Assembly (NCBI GenBank): GCA_000990585.1 | Contig: LBQD01000001.1 | Span: forward strand, 141,501-205,500 | Direction: 5' to 3' | Origin: Candidatus Moranbacteria bacterium GW2011_GWE2_35_2- | GTDB lineage: Bacteria > Patescibacteriota > Minisyncoccia > Moranbacterales > UBA9337 | Length of the DNA stretch: 64,000 bases | In this document: in pieces, positions 18,200-28,012 of the stretch | Position numbering within the stretch: the stretch's first letter is position 1 | Layout: every line of letters starts with the position of its first letter | Program-made: the position numbers and the translations under genes | The notes under the pieces: generated by a model | Told to the model about the DNA's origin: nothing | What the model saw: the letters and a program-made list of their open reading frames with translations, nothing else | Databases searched by the model: none

Positions 18200-19429
18200 T
18201 TATTTAAATTCACTCAAAACATTTCCGGAAATTTTTCGGAGCCTTTGGACAGTTTCTTTGAGTACTTTAACAGTCCTGTCCAGTTCCGCTTTTGTGGTAT
18301 ATTTCCCGATGGTTATGCGCAAACTTCCATGCGCTTGTTCATGCTTAAGTCCCAACGCCAAGAGTACGTGAGATGGCTCAAGCGCCCCGGATGAACAAGC
18401 ACTGCCGGTTGAAGTGGCGATTCCTTCCAAATCCAAAGAAAGAATAAGTCCCTCCCCTTCCACATTATCAAAACGAAAATTAGCATTATTCGGTGAACGC
18501 TTTTCTTTTGAACCATTCAGATATGCGGCGGGAATTTCTGTTAATACTCGTTTAATCAAATAATCCCTTAGTGAAATAATCTTTTTTATTATTGCTTGCT
18601 GTTTACCACTAGCTGTTAGCATATCAACTGCCTTCCCTAGTCCGACAATTCCCGTAACATTGTGAGTTCCGGCGCGGAGTTTGTATTCTTGATCGCCGCC
18701 ATCTTGAATTCTGCGAATCGGCGTACCTCTTTTTGCAAACAAAACCCCCACTCCCTTGGGACCATATATTTTGTGTCCGGAAAATGAAAGCAAATCCACT
18801 CCAATTTTTTTCACATTGCAATCAAAATAATTTACACTCTGGGTTGCATCGGTATGCAACAATGGATAATGAATTCCTTGATTGTTACTTCTCAATTTTT
18901 GGATTAATTTTCCAATTTCCGCAATTGGCTGGACTGTTCCGATCTCATTGTTCACATACATAATTGAAATCAAAATTGTATTTGGCTTGATCGCTTTTTT
19001 GACATCCGCAATTTTCACAATTCCATCCCTCCCTACTGGCAAAAAAGTAATTTCCGCCAAACCTTCTTTTTTCATCGCATGGCAAGCATCCAAAACGCAA
19101 TGATGCTCAAAGACGGTTGTAACGATGTGCGGGATTTCTCCTTTTTTGCGCGAAACGGAATAGAATGATTTTACCACACCTTTAACAGTGAGATTATTGC
19201 TTTCTGTGGCTCCGGAAGTGAAAATTATTTCCGAAGGAGAACAGTTGAAAAATTTTGCCACTCTTTCCCTGGCTGTGTCAATTGCTTGCTGGGCCTCTTG
19301 TCCAAAATTATGCACGGACATTGCATTTCCAAACTTCTCGGAAAAATAGGGTATCATTTCCTTCATTACATTTTTGTCGACTGGCGTAGTCGCCGCATAA
19401 TCCAAATATATTCCCTTATTGTTGTTCAT
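18200..19429 (-). CDS. iscS: Cysteine desulfurase (group I)
   Basis: YLDYAATTP, TSGATESNN, SGHKIYGPKG, STGSACSSG. Confidence 0.96.
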   Translation of the reverse strand: MNNNKGIYLDYAATTPVDKNVMKEMIPYFSEKFGNAMSVHNFGQEAQQAIDTARERVAKFFNCSPSEIIFTSGATESNNLTVKGVVKSFYSVSRKKGEIPHIVTTVFEHHCVLDACHAMKKEGLAEITFLPVGRDGIVKIADVKKAIKPNTILISIMYVNNEIGTVQPIAEIGKLIQKLRSNNQGIHYPLLHTDATQSVNYFDCNVKKIGVDLLSFSGHKIYGPKGVGVLFAKRGTPIRRIQDGGDQEYKLRAGTHNVTGIVGLGKAVDMLTASGKQQAIIKKIISLRDYLIKRVLTEIPAAYLNGSKEKRSPNNANFRFDNVEGEGLILSLDLEGIATSTGSACSSGALEPSHVLLALGLKHEQAHGSLRITIGKYTTKAELDRTVKVLKETVQRLRKISGNVLSEFK

Positions 19430-19474
19430 ATTTTTTATAAATAAATTTATTTTTTACTTTTTATTTTCTAAATA

Positions 19475-19861
19475 CTATTTTATTAAATCTTCTAGCGTGA
19501 TATTTTTCAATGTTTTTCTAATCTGAATTCCGAGGGCAACCCAGACTTTTTTTGACCGGCAATTTTTGGAAGTACAATGTGAACTTTCGCATTTCATAAA
19601 CTCCAAAGGACCTTCCAGTGTTTCGATAATTTCTCCGACATTAATTTTTTTCGGTTCGCGCGCCAAAACATATCCTCCCATTTTCCCCTTTTGACTCACA
19701 ACCAGATTTTTTTTGCGCATATATCCCATCAAACGTTCCAAATATTTGAAAGAGATTTTCTCTTCTCCGGAAACATCACTAAGACTCTTAATTTCCGGAT
19801 AGGCATCCGCCAAATTAATAATCGCCCGCAGGCCATATTCAGCTTTAGTCGAAAAACGCAT
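19475..19861 (-). CDS. Rrf2/IscR family transcriptional regulator
   Basis: STKAEYGLRA, YLERLM, G..GGY.LA, three Cys (CESSHCTSKNC). Confidence 0.93.
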   Translation of the reverse strand: MRFSTKAEYGLRAIINLADAYPEIKSLSDVSGEEKISFKYLERLMGYMRKKNLVVSQKGKMGGYVLAREPKKINVGEIIETLEGPLEFMKCESSHCTSKNCRSKKVWVALGIQIRKTLKNITLEDLIK

Positions 19862-19890
19862 AATATATAAATTTATCTAAATCCATCCCC

Positions 19891-19903
19891 TACTAATCTA
19901 GTA
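19891..19903. promoter_or_regulatory. Candidate Rrf2 autoregulatory operator
   Basis: TACTA-ATC-TAGTA palindrome just downstream of a minus-strand TTGACA promoter. Confidence 0.4.
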
Positions 19904-20125
19904 TGCTTTAATAATAATACTTTCAAAAAAAGATGTCAATGGCTTCGCAATAGCCCAGCTTGGAATAAATAAAAAATCACACAAACTATTATATAGTAAC
20001 ATTATTTGCCAACAATTCATTATCTAAAATTTAATCAATATATTGCAATTGCCATAATGTGATTAAGAATTAAAGTCAAGATCAATAATTAAATAACTTT
20101 AATAATTAACACCCAGACTATCAAT

Positions 20126-20198
20126 AAATTTACTTTTTCCCACGGTCGTGGAAAAAAGTAAATTTTTAACATAATTATACGGTCGTATAATTATGTTA
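20126..20198. repeat. Two abutting long inverted repeats sharing the centre ACGGTCGT
   Basis: 19-bp arms (1 mismatch) at 20126-20165; perfect 15-bp arms at 20167-20198. Confidence 0.9.
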
Positions 20199-20301
20199 TT
20201 TTTTATTTTCCAAAAAAATATTTATTGGATTTTTCTTTATTGTCGACATTGCTTAGTGGGCGTGATATAATTTTAAATAATCAGTGATAAACAACAAAAT
20301 T

Positions 20302-21432
20302 ATGCGAATATCATATAGCGCGTTGGAAACATATCGTAATTGTCCGCTTAAATACAAATATCAAAATATTGATAAAATCAAAGAACCTAAGAGTAAAGAG
20401 GCGGTTTTTGGGACAATTATTCACAGCGCTCTAAAATTTGCTCATACTCCGGGCATTCTTTCCCCTACCCTTGAACAAACACTGGATTATTTTTCCCGTA
20501 ATTGGAACAGTGATGTTTTTGAAGTGGAAGCTGAAGAACGCGCGGCTTTTTCCCAAGGCGTGGAAATGATTCGAAAATACTATGAAAAAAACAACATTGC
20601 GGCAACTAATATCGTTGATTTAGAGAGTCGATTTGCGATTGATTTAGAAGGTAATGTTATTTCCGGAATAATTGACCGCATTGACAAAACAGATGATGGC
20701 TATGAAATTATTGACTATAAAACTGCCAAAAAAATGCCTTCGCAAGAATATGTTGATAATAATCTTCAGCTGTCGGTTTATTTGAAAGCATTTTTAGTTC
20801 GTTATCCGGAGGAAGCGAAAAATTTAGAAAAAATAAAGGTGAGTTTATATTTTCTTAAACACGGAGTAAAACTCACCGCTAGCCGAAATTTGCAACAACT
20901 TCAAAAAATCGATGAGGAATTTTTGGAAGTTATTAAAAATATCGAGGAGAGAAAATTTGATCCGAATATCACTCCACTTTGTGATTGGTGTGGATATCAG
21001 AAACTTTGCCCGATGTGGCGACACAAATTTAAAAATGAAAGAAAAATTGATACGGAAGATGTGAATCAAATGATCGGAGAATATATCGTCGCTAAAGAAG
21101 AATCTAAGAGTTTGAGATATAAAATAGCCGCGCTTCAAGAAAAAGTTTCACAATATATGGATCAGGAAGGAGTTGAAAGGGTTTTTTCAGAAAATGGAAT
21201 AATCGTCAGAACACTGCGATCAACCTACAAATATGATGAAAAGAAAATAAGAGAAATTCTAGCGCCATTGGGACAATGGGAAAATGTAGTTAAAATTGAC
21301 GCCATCGCTTTGAAAAAGATTATTCCCGCCTTACCTGTTTCTATTCGTAATGAAATAGACTTGGCGCGGGAAATAAGCAAACAATCAAGCAGTTTTAGTA
21401 TTAAAAAGCAAAATGAGACAGAGGAAGAGTAA
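20302..21432 (+). CDS. PD-(D/E)xK RecB/AddB-like nuclease with probable Fe-S staple
   Basis: ISYS....Y..CP.KY, GTIIH, GIIDRID, IIDYKT, QL..Y, CDWCGYQKLC. Confidence 0.9.
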   Translation: MRISYSALETYRNCPLKYKYQNIDKIKEPKSKEAVFGTIIHSALKFAHTPGILSPTLEQTLDYFSRNWNSDVFEVEAEERAAFSQGVEMIRKYYEKNNIAATNIVDLESRFAIDLEGNVISGIIDRIDKTDDGYEIIDYKTAKKMPSQEYVDNNLQLSVYLKAFLVRYPEEAKNLEKIKVSLYFLKHGVKLTASRNLQQLQKIDEEFLEVIKNIEERKFDPNITPLCDWCGYQKLCPMWRHKFKNERKIDTEDVNQMIGEYIVAKEESKSLRYKIAALQEKVSQYMDQEGVERVFSENGIIVRTLRSTYKYDEKKIREILAPLGQWENVVKIDAIALKKIIPALPVSIRNEIDLAREISKQSSSFSIKKQNETEEE

Positions 21433-21439
21433 ATATTTT

Positions 21440-22141
21440 TTATCCAATCAATGTTCCGTCAAATTTTTTCCCATCTAAATATTTATTTAAATTATCCAAA
21501 TCTTTCCCATTCATAATTGCGACTTGAAAGCCTTCTTTCTCTGCCATCTCCGCTGCAATTGGATCAAATGGGGTATTGAGTCCGGGGCTCCATTTTTTTT
21601 CAAACATATTGCGAAAATCTTTCCATGAAATATTTCTTATTTCTCGAGCAGTGAAATACTTTCTAGGATCCTTGTCATATACGTAGCTTATATTTGAAAG
21701 ATTAATGATTTGTTTTATTGCCATCTTTTTCGCCAGACTAACAGCAATATAATCAGTAGAATTTCCCGGCTTCCATCCGGAAGCTATCACAACCATTGCA
21801 TTAGAATTGATACATTCTTCGATTTTTTCCATACTGGTGATTATTTTCATATAAGCATTCTTATAGAAAATAGTTCGAACAAAATGCGCGTTCATTCTGG
21901 TTGCGTGTATTCCAATCCAATCTTTGTCTTCATCGGTAATTTCTCCAACTTCATCTGCTGCTGAAATATAATTACGCGCCAACTTTCCTCCTCCGACAAC
22001 CAAAATAAAACGAAAATCATCCTTTATTTTACTTTCAATTATCTTTTTGAAATCACGAACAAAAGCAACGTCTACTTCTTCCGGAACAACCAATGAACCT
22101 CCCAATGAAATGATAATTGTCTTTATTTCAGTTTTTTTCAT
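21440..22141 (-). CDS. pyrH: UMP kinase (archaeal-type)
   Basis: SLGGS, VGGGKLAR, D.IGIHATR, PG.STD, DKDP, FDP. Confidence 0.92.
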   Translation of the reverse strand: MKKTEIKTIIISLGGSLVVPEEVDVAFVRDFKKIIESKIKDDFRFILVVGGGKLARNYISAADEVGEITDEDKDWIGIHATRMNAHFVRTIFYKNAYMKIITSMEKIEECINSNAMVVIASGWKPGNSTDYIAVSLAKKMAIKQIINLSNISYVYDKDPRKYFTAREIRNISWKDFRNMFEKKWSPGLNTPFDPIAAEMAEKEGFQVAIMNGKDLDNLNKYLDGKKFDGTLIG

Positions 22142-23042
22142 AATTTATTTTTTTATTTTGAATGTTATATCCTGTTATAAGTAAGGCGGATGCGATAAAA
22201 ATTGACGAATATGTTCCAAATGATACCCCGATTAGTAATACTAGCGCAAAATCTTTGATTGATTCTCCTCCGAAAATATAAATTGCAAGTAAGGTTATAA
22301 TAACAGTGATTGAGGTATTGATTGAACGCACTAAAGTTTCATTTAAGCTGCGGTTTACTACGAGAGGAAAACTTTCACCCGAAGAATTTCTTAGTAAATT
22401 TTCACGAATTCTGTCATATACAACAATTGTGTCATGAACGGAAAATCCGAGAATTGTCAGAAGAGCTGCAATAAACGGAATACCAATTTCAGTCCCGTAA
22501 AAATGTCCGAAAATAGAAAATGCTCCAATTGTAATTAATACATCATGAATCAATGCGATAACCGCTCCCACTCCATATTTCCATGACTGAACTGGACGAG
22601 AAACCTTTCGAAAAGCAAAAGCAATAAAAGTCATAATGCCGGCAGTTGCCCAGAAAAGAGCCCAAAGTGAATTTTTTCGCAGTTCATTGGAGACTGATGC
22701 ATCTCGATAATTAACTTTTATCTGCGTTGCCTCGGGATATTTCTCGCTTATTTTTTCCCATACAGCTTGATTGGTGTCATCAGCCAATGAAGCGTAGCTT
22801 AGCAATAGAGAGTCCTCTCCCTTACCTTGAATTGTAAGGCTGTTGAGTTTTAATTCGTTTAATATTTCTAAAGTTTCTTCATTTGTGGGAATATTTTGAG
22901 AAAATTTCACCTCCATCACTGTTCCTCCTGTAAAATCAATTCCAAATCTGAGACCCCATACAAAAAGACTCACAATGCTTAATGTTGTTAATATTAATGA
23001 AAAAATATATGCATATTTGGTTTTTGAAATTATATTAATCAT
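22128..23042 (-). CDS. secF: Protein translocase subunit SecF
   Basis: GIDFTGG, HDV, GFSVHDTIVVYDRIRE, RSINTS, GTYSSIFIA. Confidence 0.96.
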   Translation of the reverse strand: MINIISKTKYAYIFSLILTTLSIVSLFVWGLRFGIDFTGGTVMEVKFSQNIPTNEETLEILNELKLNSLTIQGKGEDSLLLSYASLADDTNQAVWEKISEKYPEATQIKVNYRDASVSNELRKNSLWALFWATAGIMTFIAFAFRKVSRPVQSWKYGVGAVIALIHDVLITIGAFSIFGHFYGTEIGIPFIAALLTILGFSVHDTIVVYDRIRENLLRNSSGESFPLVVNRSLNETLVRSINTSITVIITLLAIYIFGGESIKDFALVLLIGVSFGTYSSIFIASALLITGYNIQNKKINYEKN

Positions 23043-23058
23043 CGTTTATTTTTTAAAA

Positions 23059-24756
23059 TCAATTATTTTTTTGAGTATCTTCTTTTTTTAATCCAACCAG
23101 CCATAGTTTATTTGAAATCCACTCACCCAAAATAAAATTTAATAATGTTCGGGAAATTATAATTGCTGTAAACATTGAAAGTAATACTCCAACAATAAGC
23201 GTTATTGCAAAGCCTTTCACGAATCCGGTTCCCAATTCAATTAAAATGAAAGATGTGATGATGGAAGAAAAGTTTCCATCGCGAATCGAAGTCCATGCGC
23301 GTTTGAATCCTTCATCCAATGCTCCTGTAATAGTTCTTCCTTTGCGAATTTCCTCTTTTGTTCGTTCAAAAATCAAAATATTCGCATCCACTGCCATTCC
23401 AACTGATAAAATAAATCCGGCAATTCCGGGAAGCGTTAGGGTGATTTGCCAAGGAGTAAGACCGGATAGTTTGAAAATAGATACCATTAAGGCGGCATAG
23501 ATTAATAGTGCTATTGAAGCAATTAATCCTAAAAATCTATAATATGCAATCATGAATAACATAACCAATCCGAGTCCGATATATCCAGCTTTTAAGCTTG
23601 TTATTAGGGATTTTTCTCCAAGAGAAGCATCTACGCTTTCTTGGCTCACCAAATTAATCGGAACAGGCAAAGCGCCTTCATTTAATCTTTTTACCAAATC
23701 TTTTGCCTCATCAAGAGAAAAATTTCCCGTAATTACCGCTTCGCCGTTTGTTATTTCCACTTGAACCGTAGGTGCACTAATGATTTCTCCATCCAAATAA
23801 ATGGCAATACTTTTGCCGATATTGTTTTTTGTGAGTTCGGAGAATAATTTTGTTCCCTCATTATCAAATTTCAACGCCACTTGAGGCTCGGAAAGTCCTT
23901 GGCTTGCAAATTCGACGGTGGCATTTTTCAAATTTTTTCCCGTAAGTCCGGTTGCTTCATATTTCAAATCCGCAAACATATCAATAGTTGCTTTGGCAAA
24001 AAGAATATGCTCGGCTCGCACTTCTTTTTCACCCCCTTCTTCGCGCGATTCCATTTTTTTGATAATATGCCACCCGTAAAGAGTTTCGATTAAATCGGGG
24101 TAGATTTGTCCGTTTTTGACGTCATCATTGAAAAGTATGGCATCAAATTCTTCAACAAATTCTCCTTTTTTCACAAAACCTAAATCTCCTCCCGCGTCTT
24201 TTGAGCCGGGATCTTGACTGTATTCTTTCGCTAATTCTTCAAAATTGCTGTTTTCCGCGAGTGCTTGTGCTAGAACATATTCTGCTTGTTTTTTTGATTG
24301 TTCATTGATCGGATCAAGCACGTTTTTTATTTTTTGATCATTCGGATCAATTTCCCTTTTGAACTCCAAAAGTGGAGTTTCTTTGATTAAATTCTTTGCT
24401 TGATTTATATCTTTTATTCCCGCCAATTCTACAATTAATCTGCGTTGTTCTCCGGATTTTGTCGTATAGATTGTCGGTTCGGCTACTCCAAAAGCATTAA
24501 CCCTTCTTTCAATCACGTCTTGTACCGCTTGCATTGATTCCTCAATTTTTGAGCTATCGATTTTACTCAAATCTGCATCGTATTCAAGATGAATTCCTCC
24601 TTGCAAGTCTAATCCAAGATTTATTTTTAATTTATTAATACTCTCATATATAGGAGAAATAAACTTAACCACGCGAGGATAAGAAACAATTCCGGCCAAA
24701 ACAGCCAGGATAATAATTGACGCGAATTTTATTCTTGTTTTTTTGATTACGTTCAT
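23059..24756 (-). CDS. secD: Protein translocase subunit SecD with inserted parvulin PPIase domain
   Basis: LGLDLQGG, RRVNAFGVAEP, GALPVP, GMAVDANILIFER; internal FEELAKEYSQDPGS...GGDLG...YGWHII. Confidence 0.95.
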   Translation of the reverse strand: MNVIKKTRIKFASIIILAVLAGIVSYPRVVKFISPIYESINKLKINLGLDLQGGIHLEYDADLSKIDSSKIEESMQAVQDVIERRVNAFGVAEPTIYTTKSGEQRRLIVELAGIKDINQAKNLIKETPLLEFKREIDPNDQKIKNVLDPINEQSKKQAEYVLAQALAENSNFEELAKEYSQDPGSKDAGGDLGFVKKGEFVEEFDAILFNDDVKNGQIYPDLIETLYGWHIIKKMESREEGGEKEVRAEHILFAKATIDMFADLKYEATGLTGKNLKNATVEFASQGLSEPQVALKFDNEGTKLFSELTKNNIGKSIAIYLDGEIISAPTVQVEITNGEAVITGNFSLDEAKDLVKRLNEGALPVPINLVSQESVDASLGEKSLITSLKAGYIGLGLVMLFMIAYYRFLGLIASIALLIYAALMVSIFKLSGLTPWQITLTLPGIAGFILSVGMAVDANILIFERTKEEIRKGRTITGALDEGFKRAWTSIRDGNFSSIITSFILIELGTGFVKGFAITLIVGVLLSMFTAIIISRTLLNFILGEWISNKLWLVGLKKEDTQKNN

Positions 24757-24802
24757 ATCTTATCTGAGTATAAACCAATAAAAAAAGGTTTTCAAGTGTT
24801 TG

Positions 24803-27478
24803 TTATTTTCTTCCGCAGCACTTCTTGTATTTTCTTCCGCTTCCGCACGGACACAAATCATTTCGACCGGGAATTTTTTCTACGCGAATAGGTTTTTGTT
24901 TAGGAGTTTCTCCTGATGCGTTGACGGATGCTGATAATTGCTGATTTTTTAAAGTTTGAAATTGTTTCACTTGCTCATCCGCTCCTTGAAATTTCCAATT
25001 TTCTTTTTTGTCATCAATTTGCGATTGTTCGATTGGACGCGCCAAAGTTATTTTGAAAATCGTATTTACGATCGTTAGATGAATATTTTTTATTAACTCT
25101 GTGAAAAGATTATAGGCTTCTTTTTTATATTCAATTAATGGATCGCGTTGTCCATATCCGCGCAATCCGATTCCTTGCCGTAAATAATCAATTTGATCCA
25201 AATGACCTGTCCAGAGAGTGTCAATTGTTTGCAAAATAATCATTTTTTCCACTTTACGCATATTTTCCACTCCGATTTCCTCTTCCTTTTTCGCATAAAC
25301 TTGTTTGGCTTTTCCCATTAAATAATCTAACATCTTGCTTACTTGAGTCGCATTGTCTATGCTTTTATCAGAGCCTATAATTTGAAGCTGTCTTTCGTCC
25401 GCGTCCGCCAAGGGAAAAATTCCTGAAATATCACTCATTATAGTTTTAATATCCCAAGGACAATCACCTTCTTTGCAACGGGAGGAAATAATCATTTCCA
25501 GCTCTTCGGAAATATATTGAAAAATATCATTGCGTGCGCTTGCGATTTCTAGAATTTTTCTCCGTTTGCGATAAATAACTTCTCGCTGTTTATTCATCAC
25601 ATCATCGTATTCCAAAACGTGTTTGCGAATATCAAAATTAAATCCTTCTATTTTTGATTGTGCATTTTCGATAGTACGGGAAATTATTTTATTTTGAATC
25701 GGTTGATCATCCGGCAATCCAAGGGTATTCATCATATTTTTCATTCGATCACCGCCAAAGCGACGCATCAATTCATCTTCAAGGGAAACATAAAATTGGG
25801 AACTTCCGGGGTCGCCTTGTCGTCCGGCGCGACCGCGAAGCTGATTATCAATTCGGCGCGCCTCATGCCGCTCTGTTCCGATAATAAAAAGTCCGCCCAA
25901 TTCGCGTACGCCCTCCCCTAGTTTGATGTCAGTTCCGCGTCCTGCCATATTTGTTGCAATTGTAACGGCGCCTTTTTGTCCGGCATCGGAAATTATTTGC
26001 GCTTCTTTTTCATGTTGCTTGGCATTAAGGACTTGATGTTTTATGTTTTCTCTTTCTAAGAGCTCACTGAGATGTTCTGACTTCTCAATTGCTACTGTTC
26101 CAACCAAGATCGGTTGTCCGGTTTGACTGATTTTTTTTATTTCCTCCACAATCGCTCCGAATTTACTTTTTTCGGTTTTATATATAATATCCGGCAAGTC
26201 TTTTCTTTGCGCATTGACATTTGTTGGAACTTCCACTACATCCAATTTGTATACCTTGGAAAATTCCTCGGCGCTTGTAGTGGCTGTTCCAGTCATACCG
26301 GCAAGCTTTTTATACATTCGAAAATAATTTTGAAAAGTAATTGTTGCCAAAGTTTTCGATTCGCGCTGAATAGCAACGCCTTCTTTTGCTTCAATTGCTT
26401 GATGTAATCCTTCACTATACCTTCTGCCCTCCATCAAACGTCCAGTAAAATCATCAACAATAATTACTTTCCCATCTTTGACTATATAATCTTTTTCTTT
26501 TTTAAAAAGAATTTCCGCTTTTAAAGATTGTTCCAAATGATGCACATAACCGATTTTTCCAGGTTCATATATATTACCTACCCCCAAAAGATTCTCCACT
26601 TTGGATATCCCATTGTCTGTAAGTGTAACCGTACGCATTTTTTCATCTACTATGAAATCATCCTTTTTTTTCAGGCGTGGAATAATTTGCGCAAATTGCT
26701 GATAGAGCTTGGTTGATTCTGTATCGGGAGCGGAAATAATTAATGGGGTTCGCGCCTCGTCTATTAAAATCGAATCAACTTCGTCAACGATTACATAATT
26801 AAAATCTCGCTGGGAATATTGATCCAGGCTATGTGCCATATTGTCCCGCAAAAAATCAAAACCGAATTCATTATTGGTTCCATAAGTAATATCGCACGCA
26901 TAAGCTTCTTTCCTTGTGATTGGAGAAAGATTTTCCATTTCCACACTTACTTCATTTGAATCAATTAGTTTCGGTTCATATTTATAGGAAGTTTCGTGCA
27001 TAATGCAAGCAGTTGAAAGTCCGAGAAAATTAAAAATAGAACCCATCCAATTACAATCACGTTTTGCTAAATAATCATTAACCGTCACAACATGAACGCC
27101 CCTACCAGAAAGCGCATTGAGGTAAATAGGCAAAGTTGAAGTCAGGGTTTTTCCTTCCCCGGTTTTCATTTCGGCAATTTTTCCTTGATGCAGAATTATT
27201 CCTCCGATCAGCTGAACGTCATAATGCCTCTCGCCAATAACACGGTGCGCTGCTTCGCGTACCACTGCAAACGCTTCCGGAAGAATTTCTTCGATGACAT
27301 TTTTCTCATCTGTCGAATTTTCTATCTTCTTTCTAAATTTTTCAGTTTTTTCTTTTAACTCTTCATCAGAAAGATGGGAAATTTTTTCATCTAAAGAATT
27401 TATCTTATCCACAATTGGCTGAAGTTTCTTTATCTCTCTTTCGTTAGATCCGAATAAGTTTCTAAACAATTTCATCAT
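24803..27478 (-). CDS. secA: Preprotein translocase ATPase SecA
   Basis: MKTGEGKT, VDEVDSILIDEARTP, TNMAGRGTDI, SEC-C motif CPCGSGRKYKKCC. Confidence 0.98.
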   Translation of the reverse strand: MMKLFRNLFGSNEREIKKLQPIVDKINSLDEKISHLSDEELKEKTEKFRKKIENSTDEKNVIEEILPEAFAVVREAAHRVIGERHYDVQLIGGIILHQGKIAEMKTGEGKTLTSTLPIYLNALSGRGVHVVTVNDYLAKRDCNWMGSIFNFLGLSTACIMHETSYKYEPKLIDSNEVSVEMENLSPITRKEAYACDITYGTNNEFGFDFLRDNMAHSLDQYSQRDFNYVIVDEVDSILIDEARTPLIISAPDTESTKLYQQFAQIIPRLKKKDDFIVDEKMRTVTLTDNGISKVENLLGVGNIYEPGKIGYVHHLEQSLKAEILFKKEKDYIVKDGKVIIVDDFTGRLMEGRRYSEGLHQAIEAKEGVAIQRESKTLATITFQNYFRMYKKLAGMTGTATTSAEEFSKVYKLDVVEVPTNVNAQRKDLPDIIYKTEKSKFGAIVEEIKKISQTGQPILVGTVAIEKSEHLSELLERENIKHQVLNAKQHEKEAQIISDAGQKGAVTIATNMAGRGTDIKLGEGVRELGGLFIIGTERHEARRIDNQLRGRAGRQGDPGSSQFYVSLEDELMRRFGGDRMKNMMNTLGLPDDQPIQNKIISRTIENAQSKIEGFNFDIRKHVLEYDDVMNKQREVIYRKRRKILEIASARNDIFQYISEELEMIISSRCKEGDCPWDIKTIMSDISGIFPLADADERQLQIIGSDKSIDNATQVSKMLDYLMGKAKQVYAKKEEEIGVENMRKVEKMIILQTIDTLWTGHLDQIDYLRQGIGLRGYGQRDPLIEYKKEAYNLFTELIKNIHLTIVNTIFKITLARPIEQSQIDDKKENWKFQGADEQVKQFQTLKNQQLSASVNASGETPKQKPIRVEKIPGRNDLCPCGSGRKYKKCCGRK

Positions 27479-27618
27479 AATAATATATCTACTAATTAAA
27501 AAATTTTACCCTCCCAAAGATGAGCGAAAAAAAATACGAACACATATTACGATTTATAGTATAGCAACTAAAAAACCCTTGGTCAAAAGGGAATTTTAGT
27601 AGGTAAGGTATTGTGTTT

Positions 27619-27993
27619 TCAGAACCTCGCCGTTTCATCAATTGCCATTTTCTTTTTTATTGAACGCGCACCGCGTACGATCTTTGTTCGAATCTCGTCT
27701 TTTTTTCGACGGATTTGTGTTTTTAGCTGATTCTCAACTAGATCAACCGATCCTTCAACTGATTCAGTGGTTTCCTCGGCTCGATACAAATTGCGCGGAG
27801 TCATCACCATCACTTCTACTCGGAACTTCCCTTTTTTATCTAAATTGATTTCTACTTCAACTTTCAAAGTATCTGGATCATCTCCATCATATTCTTTTAA
27901 TAATTTTTTAATTGAAGAAATTCTTTTTTCAACATATTCTTTTGTTCTATCATCAATTGTCAGCCCTTTGAGCATAATTCTCATGTTTTCCAT
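27619..27993 (-). CDS. hpf: Ribosome hibernation factor HPF/RaiA
   Basis: YVEKRI..I.K, A.E.....SVD.....L..QIRR.K; position upstream of secA. Confidence 0.85.
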   Translation of the reverse strand: MENMRIMLKGLTIDDRTKEYVEKRISSIKKLLKEYDGDDPDTLKVEVEINLDKKGKFRVEVMVMTPRNLYRAEETTESVEGSVDLVENQLKTQIRRKKDEIRTKIVRGARSIKKKMAIDETARF

Positions 27994-28012
27994 AATTATT
28001 TTTATTTAATTA

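Noticed and set aside
20302-21432. Cas4 / CRISPR system
   Set aside because: No cas1/cas2 and no repeat-spacer array seen; it fits a stand-alone RecB-like nuclease.
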